From: Macrostomum lignano
Taxonomy: Eukaryota
Direction of reading: 5' to 3'
DNA length: 64,000 nt
NCBI GenBank assembly: GCA_002269645.1
Contig: NIVC01002360.1
Location: forward strand, 89,397-153,396
Below the pieces are notes generated by a model. That model made no database searches. It was not told the origin of the DNA and saw only the letters and a list, made by a program, of their open reading frames with translations. This document shows positions 25,471-36,316 of this stretch, piece by piece. Each line of letters opens with the position of its first letter. Within the stretch, counting starts at the first letter, position 1. The translations under genes were made by a program, and so were the position numbers.

Positions 25471-26676
25471 TAATTTCAATTATTAAGCCCAATAGGTGGT
25501 AGCGAATATTGGCGAGCTGTTCAATCAGCTTGGCAACAACGTGGTGACCTGGTGAATCCGCAGCGACTGCAGCTTCAGCGAGGCAACGGAGACATGGACC
25601 TGACAATCGTGGGTCTGTCCAGCTTGTTCGCCCAGCCCGCTGCTGCGTGTTGATTGAACCGGGTGTTGCTATTTTGCGGCCCGGCCCGGTCCGGCCCAGG
25701 CCGGGCCGTGAATTCGTCAATTATCTTAAAACAAAACAAAGTAAATGTTTTGAGCTTCTTTGCTACGTTGACTGGTTGATATTCTACTTATCTTGTGTCT
25801 TATCTTATTTTAAATACTTAAGCCGGTAAACTCGGAGATTTTTTACTTTCTGTATAAAAGGAACGAAGTTTATTGTCAAAATTTTAGCAACAGCAAAGGT
25901 TACTAGAAAAAGCAAAGCAACCGTCTATCAAATAAAAAAAGAAAAAGAAAAATGCAACTTAAAACAAGCCAGATTGGCTATAGAGCACAAGGGATTCGTT
26001 TTCAACACACCCCATAGTACAGGATATTATTAACTTTCGCATTCATTTAGTGGCATTCGTGATGGGTAATTTTATTTGCATTTCTAAATCCACCTATTTA
26101 TGATCATTTCACAAGGCAATAAGTAAAACAGCAATCAAAGCTTTAATTACATAAAAACTACTCTATGTAAAAAGTTTACACTGTATACCACAACAAAGTA
26201 TGCGCGCTGAAGAAAGGCAAATGCTAAGAGCGTAAAAAACTAACACCGAATTGGTGCCTTCTTATAACAGTGCCAAAGACCAAGCAAAATTCAACTCCTT
26301 GAGAATTTTAGGGAGAAAAATATACTCTGTGCAGTAGGTCAGATATGCTTTTACACTAACCCTCAGAATGCTCTGAATAAGAAATCTTAAAGTGAAATTA
26401 TTTTCGCTTTGTGCTACTCTTCATGCGAAGCTGTGGGAAAGTAGCATGGAGAAGAATTGATCACCATAGACGATATCGCCCGCATGGGCTTGTGATTTTT
26501 GCTTCGTGTTTTGAATTTGAGTAATCATATATCAGCGAAGGGCCACATTCTTTCATTCTGCGGCGTAAGGCATTACAGGTAGTAATCATGACAAATATTG
26601 ACCTCAGTGCGCAAGATTAACGCAGCAATTCCTGTCTACAAGTACCCGCCACAAGTACATGAAGAGTAGCATCTAT

Positions 26677-27014
26677 CCCGTACAACAATCCGACGTATCT
26701 GACCGACGTCGTACGACGTCTATGTAACATTACGTGTTTCCTATTGGTCGGACGTCGGGCTGACGTCGAAGTCGTAGTCGAAAAATTAAATTCGCCTTAA
26801 TTCACGTTATTCGCCTCAAATAATTAAATTAAGCATAACAGTATTGCTTGCCAGTTCATCCCGCGAAAATAAATGTTAAAGCAGCGCGAAATAAATTTTT
26901 GGACTACGACTTCGACGTCGGCCCGACGTCCGACCAATAGGAAACACGTAATGTTACATAGACGTCGTACGACGTCGGTTCAGAGGTCGGTGCGACGTCG
27001 GATTGTTGTACGGG
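26677..27014. mobile_element. MITE with ~120-bp TIRs (CCCGTACAACAATCCGACGT...) and apparent 3-bp TSD TAT
   Basis: Long inverted arms; TAT at 26674-26676 and 27015-27017. Confidence 0.85.
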
Positions 27015-27699
27015 TATGGTGTTTTAATTCAATACGCATTCTACTGTCAATAGAGCATTCTGTTCTGTGCTAGTACCAGTTAGTTTTAGCTTGTAAAATG
27101 TTAATGGCAGGGATGGGAGTTTGCTGTATTAAGCAGTTGAAGCATGGGGAGGAGAGTTATTGTCAGTTTTGACTTAAAAATACTCGGATAGAACAACCAA
27201 AATGAACTATGACACCGAGAAAACAATGCTATCATTTTCTCCTTGCTTAGCGCGATTGTTTACGTAAAAAGTAAAGTCGTAAGTTGGTTGTGTAAACAAG
27301 CATATGTGAAAAAATTAGCCGTAAAAGAGAGCACAACAGTTGCACTTAATATCAAGAAAAACAGCAGCCAAAGATGTTGCAAAGCTGTTTATAATAGGCT
27401 TATAGCGCAATGTTTCTTGTAGAATATAGCTGCATGTATATGCTTGCTGTATTTAAATGCTTTTAAAGAAATGTTTCCTTTGGTTTAAATGTGCATATTT
27501 AAAAGATATATAAAAATGCAATCTAGTAAAAACAAATAGCTAAAGCCTTCCTAAGTGTAGAAAATAACAAAGATTTCGCTTGTGTTTAAAAGTGAAAAAC
27601 GCGACAAAAAGCTATCTTTACTTTGTAAATGTACGATCATCAGCAGAACTGGTACTATCAGCAGAACTGCTATTGGCACGTGCACCTGTTGTACTGCTA

Positions 27700-28230
27700 G
27701 CCTCACCCTGTTAACAAAGTCAGGCGGAAGGGTCAGAAACCTAGTGCTACACCAGCAAAGCCGGCGTCTGCATCGTCAAATTACAAGAGCGGCTCATGCT
27801 ACTGTTGCAGCTCGACAAGCCATCGAGCGAACGACTTTCGTTTCAAAAACGCTACCTGCCGTCACTGCCAGGAGGGACACCTGGAACGGTGTACCATTTT
27901 AAGGCCAAGGGGCTCGCGCCAGGCCAGGCGACTACTAAGAAGCCAGTGATGCACATTTGCAATTACGTGGACGTACAGTTCATGCAGTCTCAAGCATCGA
28001 CCATCGACCATCGTGCCGATTCGATCGCGTCCAAGGTGAGGATCACGTCGTAGAAATCGACACGGTGACAAACGGCAAATTCATCACGAAGTTTTCTGGA
28101 AGAAGCTAGGGATGCCACCGCTGGAAGAAACTAAAGTGGCGCTACGATTCGCTAGCCAACACGACATGCCGGTCCTGGAAACTTTCGATCTCGACCCAGC
28201 CGCCCAGCTTGTCTGGCTATTCAGCTAGTC
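27700..28230 (+). pseudogene. Degenerate Ty3/Gypsy (Mag-like) gag Zn-knuckle and aspartic protease relic
   Basis: Manual translation: CYCCSSTSHRANDFRFKNATCRHCQEGHLERC, then VEIDT and FWKKLGMPPLEETKVALRFA; stops and frameshifts present. Confidence 0.7.
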
Positions 28231-31182
28231 TACAATACCAACATACCGCATTCGACTCGTCTACGTTGAGATCCGGATTTCCTGCCTTACTTACTTGCGT
28301 AGGAATACAAAAATCTGTACTGCTATGAAAATTGTAAATGAAACTATTATTTAGAACCTGAAGCTAGTTAGCAGTTATGCCTTCGAGTAGATAACAAAAC
28401 AGCTGCCAAAAACAGTCAAATGTTAAATGCCAGTAAATAAGGATAATTTTTTTATTTTATAAACGTCTCGTAGTTTGTTCGTAGAAAGTTGAATCATCAA
28501 ATCTGTAGTTCTCAATAAGGCCGCCATGTCTTTCACTGCAGTTAGTTTCCTGCCGTCGTGATGGAGACGATATTCTCCCTGATCTCGCTGAAAAAATTTA
28601 ATAGGACTAATGTGTTGACTCCATGCTAAATAGAAACTCGAAAGTAAAAAGATAAACTAGGTATATTTCTGACAGTACTTTTCTAAGAGCGCTGGTCGAG
28701 CATTGATAGACTGCGTATCTCATGCATATTCACCCCTAAAATAATGCAGAGCATTGAATGTTAAGACAGTCAAATTCAGATAAATCTTGATGAGCCCGAA
28801 GTGCAAATGGAGCCGGAGAGTCCACCAGACGAAATCAATCTACAGGATTGGCGTTCCCATGGAACTGCAGAGAATCGTGGAGTCAGGCGTGGATATCATC
28901 ATGGTTGCCAAGAGTGCACCCTGGTTAGCTCGCACACTGCGCTTCCTGCTTTTCTGCTTGGCCCGTGAAACATCTAATTGAACACGCGTGGTCTGACAGT
29001 TTAGTTATAGTTATGCAGCTTTAACTTGTTTAACTACTCGATGTCTTTAATTCAATGTTTTGGCCATAGACAATCTTCGAAGCAGGGGTAACATATGGTT
29101 GGCTGCGTATGTAGTAAACAGAATATTAGACTATTTAAATAAAATTAAAAACGCTATGGTACCACATAAAATTACATAAAAAGCTAGCCTTCCCTCGTGC
29201 TACACCTTTTCACGTTCAATTTTGATTAAAGTCCAGTTCTAAAAACTAGCGCAAATTCAATTAAGACAATTTAGATTGAAGTAACGCTTACGGAAAATCA
29301 ATACAAACAAACCACCGTCCAAAACATTCTGTCACAGAAGCAAGGTTTAGACACAGACAAAATTGTCGTCAGTCTGAATTGTCTGAATTGAATTTGCGCT
29401 AGTTTTTTTCGGATTTTGCCATATAGAAATACGCTCGAATTCTGCCAGTGATTAATTTCAATGAGCTCGTCTACACTCAAACATAACAACAAGACGTAAT
29501 AAATGAATTTAATTTTAGTACTTACGATGCCCTTGTGCAAAAGTCGCAGAACCAAACAGGGTGCTCGAGCTCATCGACTCGGGGATTGTTCGTTAAGCAC
29601 TGGATATGCGCCCATAGACGGCAAGAGTCGCAGAAGATCTGTAATGAAATGTACATGTAGTAAATCGTTTTTAATTCCTTCGCCACACTTTGTGCCATTT
29701 ATTTGGTGTCGTGTGCATTCTTTAATCCCTGCTGTTCCAACCATGGATCCACCGGGTGGCGCCAGGGACCATGAGGCCTATCTCCATTTGGTCCGCGCTG
29801 TACCAGATGGCCGCCTCAGACTCGGCACGATGGACTGCTGAACTCTGAACCCCCCCCCCTGGTGTCGCATCATTATATTGCACGTCGCAGTTAGTGCATA
29901 GTTCTTTTTTGTAAATTAGAAATTAAATCTAAAGGTTTAGTTTAAATTTTAGTTGAAGGGCAAGGAACTCACCCAGAAGTCCTGCTGGCCAGCTTTAGCA
30001 GACGCTTTGGGACAGTCTTTCTCCCCGCAACGAAAGCAACGGGAGTCGCACCCTTTGCTGGCGCGGTAAAGTAGAGCGCGCCAAATCTGCTCACGGAAGT
30101 CACAAAGGGCGTCTGGAGTAGACCTTATAGCCCGTTTGAGGTCGGTGCCAGAGGCAATACGGGCTGCAAAAATGCAGCAGTATATACCGCAACTATCACC
30201 GTCGCTTTGCAGCGGGTGGTCAGAGCGGCGTCCTTGTAACTTTGGCCAGTTGACGTCGGCCGGAAGCGGAAGAGTGCTAGTGTTGCGATAGTCAAATAGA
30301 TTAGATCGTTAGCTAATGGTTGCAGGTGAGATGATAAAAGTATAAGCAAATTCCTACATGTAAATTAATAGAATACAGATTTATACGATATCGAATCTTA
30401 GTTCATGTAATTCATTTACATTTGAATCAAAGGACTCACTTAACGGCGTCACAAATTTTGTCAATGCCGGATTCCCGATTTCCAAGCGGGTCCAAAATCG
30501 TAACGAACCCGTTGCTCAGGTCAATCCAAAGTAGCATGAAATGATTTAAGTCGTGCCATATTCCGAGCACCGTTGACTTCGAAATGGAAGCCTGTCCAGA
30601 TAGGCAGTTACTCATGTTAACAAATAGATTTCAAACGTTAATGTCTGACTTACGAGTACCTACTGAAAATTTTGTAAAGCAAAAGTTGCCTACTGAGAAG
30701 TACCGATGAAAGAATGTAGAGCTAATAATTTTGGTGTACAAAACAAAAAGACTGCAAACTGATAGTGTGAAGGCTTGTCCACGAGTGAGGTCCTGGATCA
30801 GTGGTTAAGACCTGCTGAGAATAAGTAAGAGCTCAGAAACAGGTCCTGGCCTATTGCAAGTTCAAACTGACTTTTTTGGAAAAGCGTTTAAAAACTTGCA
30901 TATCAGAAACAAAGAACGAGACTTTTCTTTTAAATTTGGGGTAAAAAAAATCGTACTAATTGAATTTCTCGGATAACTGCTATGTACGCTGCTAACCCCA
31001 TTCTGTGCGCGGGCTATTTAAGCCCAATTGAAACATTGAACTGATGTTCTTCTTGTGTTTAATCTTTTCATGCAAATAGCTAAAAAAGTCTAATTGGAAA
31101 ATTATCGCATGTACAGCTCACCTTTCTCAGTCGAATAACCAGCTCATCCGACAAGCTCATCGACCTGTCTTCCGGGTCGGGA

Positions 31183-31274
31183 GGTTCCGCCTCCCGGAGC
31201 GCGCTCGCGCGCTTCCCATGGCTGCCGCCTTCACGCGGCGGGGCCGTCCGGGTTCGCCCGGCCAAGTGCAGCCA
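31183..31274 (+). ncRNA. HDV-like self-cleaving ribozyme at the LINE 5' end
   Basis: P1 GGUUCC(31183-88)/GGGGCC(31240-45); J1/2 hairpin; P2 UGGCUGCC(31219-26)/GUGCAGCCA(31266-74); P3 GCC/GGC; L3 UUCACGC; GU after P1 as in CPEB3; P4 CCGGG-UUCG-CCCGG; J4/2 CCAA. Confidence 0.78.
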
Positions 31275-34200
31275 CCACCCCGGACCCGTGCGAGGGTCTT
31301 CGAGCGCCCCGGGTTTTTCCACGCTGAGCCAGGCCTCCCAGCTCACCTGGCTCAGCTGCTTCTCAGAGCTGGAGACATCGAGTCCAACCCTGGGCCGGCC
31401 TTCCCGTGCGGAGGCTGTGCCGAGGAGGTAGCCAGGGGCTACTCCACCTGCTGCTCCGACTGCGGCCTGTGGTGGCACCGCCGCTGTTCCCGCCTCACTA
31501 TTGCGGCTATCAACCGGCTCCACCGGGACAAGGCACCGTGGCACTGTCCCACCTGCGCCCACCAACCTGCCGCTTCAGCGCCGCAGCCCGCTGCGACTCC
31601 GGCCCCTCCGCGGCTGCAGGCCCCACTGGCACCCACCAGACGCCAACGGCTACGACTCCACCTCCCCCGAACCCCGCACCGGCACCCCGCCCCCCTGATG
31701 GCGCAACCAGCGCGGGCGGGGGCGCCGAACAACAGCGGGGCGGCCTTCCGCATCGTCCAGCTCAACGCGGCAGGGCTCCGCTCCCGCAAGCTGGAACTGC
31801 TCCACTTCCTGGAGAAGCAGGGCGCCGACGTCGCCTGCATCCAGGAGACGAACCTGTCCGGCAACACAGCGGCCCCACGCCTCAAAGGGTGGCAGATCGC
31901 TGGCCGGAAGGACCGCAACATCGGCCGCGACGGGGAGGCAGCCAGAACCCACCACGGGGGCGTCTGCTTCCTTGTCAAGGAGGGCATTCAATTCGCCGAC
32001 CTTCCACTAGGCGAGCTCGTCACCCACGCCACGTCCGCCGAAGCCTCGGGCCTCCGTATCCACGACCCCCGGCTCCCACGCCCCCTGGACGTGATCAACA
32101 TCTACCTCCCGCCGGTCCGCGCCGCAGACGGCCGCACGGACGCCTTCGAGCCCGACTGGATCCCCGTTTCACGGGACTCGTTGGTGCTGGGCGACTTCAA
32201 CGCCCACCACGGGATGTGGGACGCCTCGGCGGACGACGACGAGCTGGGCAGGGCCCTCGAAGACTGGGCGACGACCTACGACCTGGTCGCTCTGAACGAC
32301 GGCTCCCCAACTAGGATCAGCCCCCGCGGCCTGCCGAGCTCCCCTGACGTCTCCTTCGCCCACGCCTCCTGGCAAGACCGGATCGAGTGGCGAACCGGGG
32401 AGCACATCGGCTCAGACCACCTGCCGATCATCATCGACATCGCAGCCTCCGGCCCGGCCCGCTCCAGCTCCAAGCGCCTGACGCGGTACGCCTACCACAA
32501 GGCGGACTGGGACCTGTTCCAGCGGACCCTCGACCAGGCCCTGGCCAGCTGGCCGGAGCGCCCCCCACGCACGGTGCCCGTCGCCGCCAACCGGTTCGCG
32601 TCCGCCGTCACCAGCGCCGCCAAGGCGGCCATCCCGAGAGGCTGCCGGCGCGCCCCGATCGCCTGGTGGTGCCCGGAAGCCGAGGCGGCCTGCACCGCCC
32701 GCCGCGCGGCGCTCGAAGCGCTTCGCGCGAGCCCGGACGACCCGGCGCTCTCGGCCGCGTACCAGGCTGCTGCCGCCGCGGCTGCTCACGCCATCTGCCG
32801 CGCCAAGGAGTCGCTGTGGCGTGATTTCATCACTGACCCCGGCCACGACCTGTGTTCCGCCGACCTCTGGCGGATCATCCGGGCCCTCGACGGACGGTCC
32901 CAGGGCACCCCCTCGTCGGCTGCCATCCAGGGCTCCACGGGGGCACCGGCCGTCTCCGACAAACAGAAGGCCGCGCTTTTCTGCCGGGAGTACGCCGCCG
33001 TCAGCAGGCTCCCCAAGAACAAGGCGGAAGACCGGCCGGTCATCCAAGAAGCCCGTCACACGCTCCGCGCCCCCTGCAGCTGCCAAGGCCTCCGCAGCGG
33101 CCCCTGCTCCGACTTCCAGCCCGACGCCCTCCGCCGCGCCTTGGTGCGCCTGCCGGACCGCTCGGCCCCGGGACCGGACGGGGTCGCGAACATCATGCTG
33201 AAGCATCTGTCCGACCTAGGGCTCCGCTGCCTCCTGGACCTCCTGAACCTCTCGTGGAGGACGGGGGAGGTGCCCGCCCCGTGGCGCCTTGCGGAGATCC
33301 GCCCGATCCCCAAATCGGACAAGCCAGCCGGCCTAACATCCAGCTTCCGCCCTATCAGCCTCCTCAGCTGCCTGGGCAAGCTCGCCGAGAAGATGGTGAA
33401 CGAGCGGCTGTCCTACATCCTCGAGGCAAATGACGCTCTCCACCCGTCGCAAGCCGGTTTCCGTCAGGGCCGCTCCACGGAGGAGCACATCGCCGCGGCG
33501 GCCCAGTACATTTTTGACGGTTTCCAGGCCAAGAAGCCGGCAGCCCGCACCGCTCTGCTCCTTGCAGACTTCTCCAGAGCCTACGACCGCGTCTGGAGAG
33601 CCGCCCTCATCGTCAAGCTCGGTCGGAAGGGGATCCCCACGTGCCTCATCCGCTGGCTCAAGGGATTTCTCTCCGACAGGAGGGCCTTCGTGCGGTGGGT
33701 TCGTGCGGCCTGCAAGCCAACCGTGTTCTCCGAGGGGCTGCCGCAGGGGTCGGTCCTCGCCCCGATCCTGTGGGTGATCTACATGGACGACCTCCTGGAC
33801 GGCGCCCCCACGAACTGCCTCACGCTGGCGTACGCCGACGACAGCACCTTCGGCGCGCAAGGGACCACCCCTCGGGAGTGTGAGCGGGCCCTGCAACCGG
33901 CGGCCGACTGGCTCGTGCGCTGGTCCCAAACCTGGAAGGTGGACCTGAGCCGCACCAAGTCGGTCGTCGCTTTCTTCTCGCTCGACCCCCGGGAGGTCAA
34001 CGGAAAGGTCCAGCCGCGCATCCTCCTCGGCGACTCGCCAGCTCCGTTCGAGCTGCATCCGAGGCTCCTGGGAGTGCACCTCGACTCCCAGCTGACCTTC
34101 CGCCACCACGCCGAGCTCCGGCGCCGCGCCCTCCAGCAGCGCACCGGCGTCCTACGCTGCCTCGCGGGCCGCGACTGGGGCCAGGACGGCCAGCGCCTCG

Positions 34201-35596
34201 CCCAGCTCTACCGCACCTACGCGGAGGCGGCCGCGCTCCACGGCGCCTCCACGTGGCTCACCTTCGCGTCCGACTCCTGCCGGGACGAAGTCGAGATTGC
34301 GCACCGATCGGCCGCCCGCGTCATCACTGGCTGCTGCCGCTCGACCGCCATTGGCGCCCTCATGGCTGAGGCCGACCTCGTGCCCCTGGCGACCAGAGCG
34401 GAGGCGGCAGGCGCAGCCCTGTTCGAGCGAGCCCTCCGTCACCGACAACCGACTCCGCTCCGCGCTGCAGCGGGCAAGACCTCTACGCCCCGCTTGCGCG
34501 CTCACGGGGAGCCTGGGGCCTTCCGCAGGAACTGGCGCGACTCGGCGCAGCACCTGAGCGCCGCCGCCGGCCTGGCCACCCTCCCCCGGGAGCAGGAGAA
34601 CCTCCCTCCGCCGCCATGGTCCGACACCAGCCGGGTCACCATCCGCTGCGACCTCCTGACCGCGACCTCCCGAGAGGAGGCGCCCCACGTCAGAAAGCTG
34701 GCCGCGCTGGAGACGCTGGCGAGCCTCCCGCCCGCCGACCTGGAGCTCTGGACAGACGGTTCAGCCTCCGGGGGCACCCTCAACGGCGGAGCGGGGGCGG
34801 TCATCTTCAGCAAGACCGCGCCGCCAGTCCACCTGTCGCAGGCTGCGGGCCGTTACTCTTCCTCCTTCCGTGCCGAGGAGTCGGCTCTCCGGCTGGGGCT
34901 TCAGCACGTCGCCTCCAGGCCGGACCTTGCCTCCCTGAGCGGCCTCCGCTGCCTGACGGACTCGCAGTCCCTGCTCCGAGCCCTCGAGAAGGGACCGTCC
35001 AAGTCCTCCTCGCCAGCGTGCCGGGAGATCTGGACGCTGCTGACCCACGTCGCCGCCCGCTTCCCAATCTGGCTGCAATGGGTCCCCAGCCACTGCGACC
35101 TCCGGCGGAACGATGCTGCGGACGTCACCGCCAAGACCGCGGCCGGCCTCCCCCAGAACGAGACGCCGATCGACTTCGGGTCAGCGCGGGCCGCCCTCCG
35201 CCGGGTCCTCGCCGAGCGCACCCGCGAAGCCAACGCGGCCGACCCGCACTGCGCCACCACCGTCTGGCAACCGCCATCGCCGCCCCGCGGCCACGCCTTA
35301 ACCGGGCCGACGCGGTGACCCTCGCCCAGCTGCGCACGGGCCACTCACCGCTCCTGCGCTGGTATCGGCACCGGATCGGCCTGGACACCGCCGCCACCTG
35401 CCCCCGCTGCGGGGCCGCCGACGAAGACGTGGCCCACGTCCTCCTGCACTGCCGGGCCCTTGACGACCTTCGGGCCTGCACCCTAGGGCCAAACCCGTCC
35501 CTGGCCGTCCTCTCGACGGACGGCCTCCGCGCGCTCGATTTCCTCCGCACGGTAGGGGCGCAGACACGCCCCCCGGATCCAACCGGCCGGGAGTAA
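31218..35596 (+). CDS. LINE polyprotein; ORF 31218-35318 continues after one frameshift (~35295) to the stop at 35596
   Basis: APE: QLNAAGL, IQET, LGDFNAHH, GSDHLP. RT: FRPISLL, QAGFR, GLPQGSVLAP, YADD. RNase H: WTDGS, AEESA, TDSQS, WVPSHC. C-terminal LAQLRTGH..CPRC..HVLLHC. Confidence 0.93.
31344..31397 (+). other. 2A ribosomal skipping peptide (HLAQLLLRAGDIESNPGP)
   Basis: Exact D-x-E-x-N-P-G-P motif in frame, 31374-31397, preceded by LLLRAG. Confidence 0.9.
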
Positions 35597-35819
35597 CAAC
35601 AACAACAACCTGTCTTCCGGCTCGGCTTCGGGCTTGGCCGTTGGCTTAGCAGGCTTCGTGGACTGGACTAGTCGGCTGCGCTGATCATTCTTCACCGTCG
35701 CTAGAATCTCGCTAACTTGGCTCGTTAGAAGACTGACGAATCCAGCATGGGAATCAGCCAAAGTAGCTAAGTAGGCATCAAGGATCTGGGTGTGGTTGTG
35801 AAGTGAAAGGTGAAGTGAA

Positions 35820-36060
35820 ATTACCGCATCGATGGGGCTTAATAAATCAAATTAAATTAATGTCGGGAAATCCCGCATCGAATCCCGCATCAATTACCGC
35901 ATCGATGGGGCTTAACAAATCAAATTAAATTAATGTCGGGAAATCCCGCATCGAATCCCGCATCAATTACCGCATCGATGGGGCTTAACAAATCAAATTA
36001 AATTAATGTCGGGAAATCCCGCATCGAATCCCGCATCAATTCATCATCAATTCCCGCATC
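35820..36060 (-). repeat. 73-bp tandem array (~3 copies), reverse complement of 25143-25470
   Basis: TTACCGCATCGATGGGGCTTAACAAATCAAATTAAATTAATGTCGGGAAATCCCGCATCGAATCCCGCATCAA units. Confidence 0.95.
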
Positions 36061-36137
36061 AAAGGTTCATAATAGCCAGCTAATCATATTTAAAAATTCA
36101 ACCATAAACTTTGCCTTTAATATTTGTAAGTCCATAG

Positions 36138-36316
36138 CAGGGACTACTCAAACACCGGGACGGGAAACTAGGAATTTTTTACGAGGCTGGTCTTTTATCA
36201 GCAGTAGAAAATAACCATAGACAACAAAGTAACACAGCATCTCTCTAATGCAAATAATTGCTAGCCAGCCTCGTAAAAAATTTTAGTTTCCCGTCCCGGT
36301 GTTTGAGTAGTCCCTG
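36138..36316. mobile_element. hAT-type MITE
   Basis: TIRs CAGGGACTACTCAAACACCGGGACGGGAAACTA; 8-bp TSD GTCCATAG at 36130-36137 and 36317-36324. Confidence 0.92.

Larger units (their letters stand above)
31181..35609 (+). mobile_element. Full-length Ingi-like (I group) LINE with single ORF: 2A - PHD - APE - RT - RNase H - Cys/His finger
   Basis: TSD ACCTGTCTTCCGG at 31163-31175 and 35608-35620 (extends to TCGG with one mismatch); (AAC)n tail 35595-35609. Confidence 0.93.
29522..35785 (-). pseudogene. Ulp1/SENP (C48) cysteine protease + C-terminal PHD finger gene; last four exons, the first disrupted by the LINE
   Basis: Exon A 35785-35621 + 31175-31122 (ILDAYLATLAD...EPEDRSMSLSDELVIRLRK). Exon B 30591-30440 (WHDLNHFMLLWIDL..ILDPLG). 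Exon C 30276-29973 (HPLQSDGDSCGIYC..CFRC). Exon D 29638-29522 (IFCDSCRLWAHIQC..WFCDFC*). Introns are GT-AG and phase-compatible. Confidence 0.85.

Noticed and set aside
25870-26500. Possible Tc1/IS630-like N-terminus (ATAKVTRKSKATVYQIKKE)
   Set aside because: Too short and interrupted by stops; no catalytic motifs found.
31406-35582. Many overlapping alternative-frame and antisense ORFs within the LINE (also within the TRP-like and GPCR exons)
   Set aside because: Expected from very high GC content and few stop codons; no recognisable motifs.
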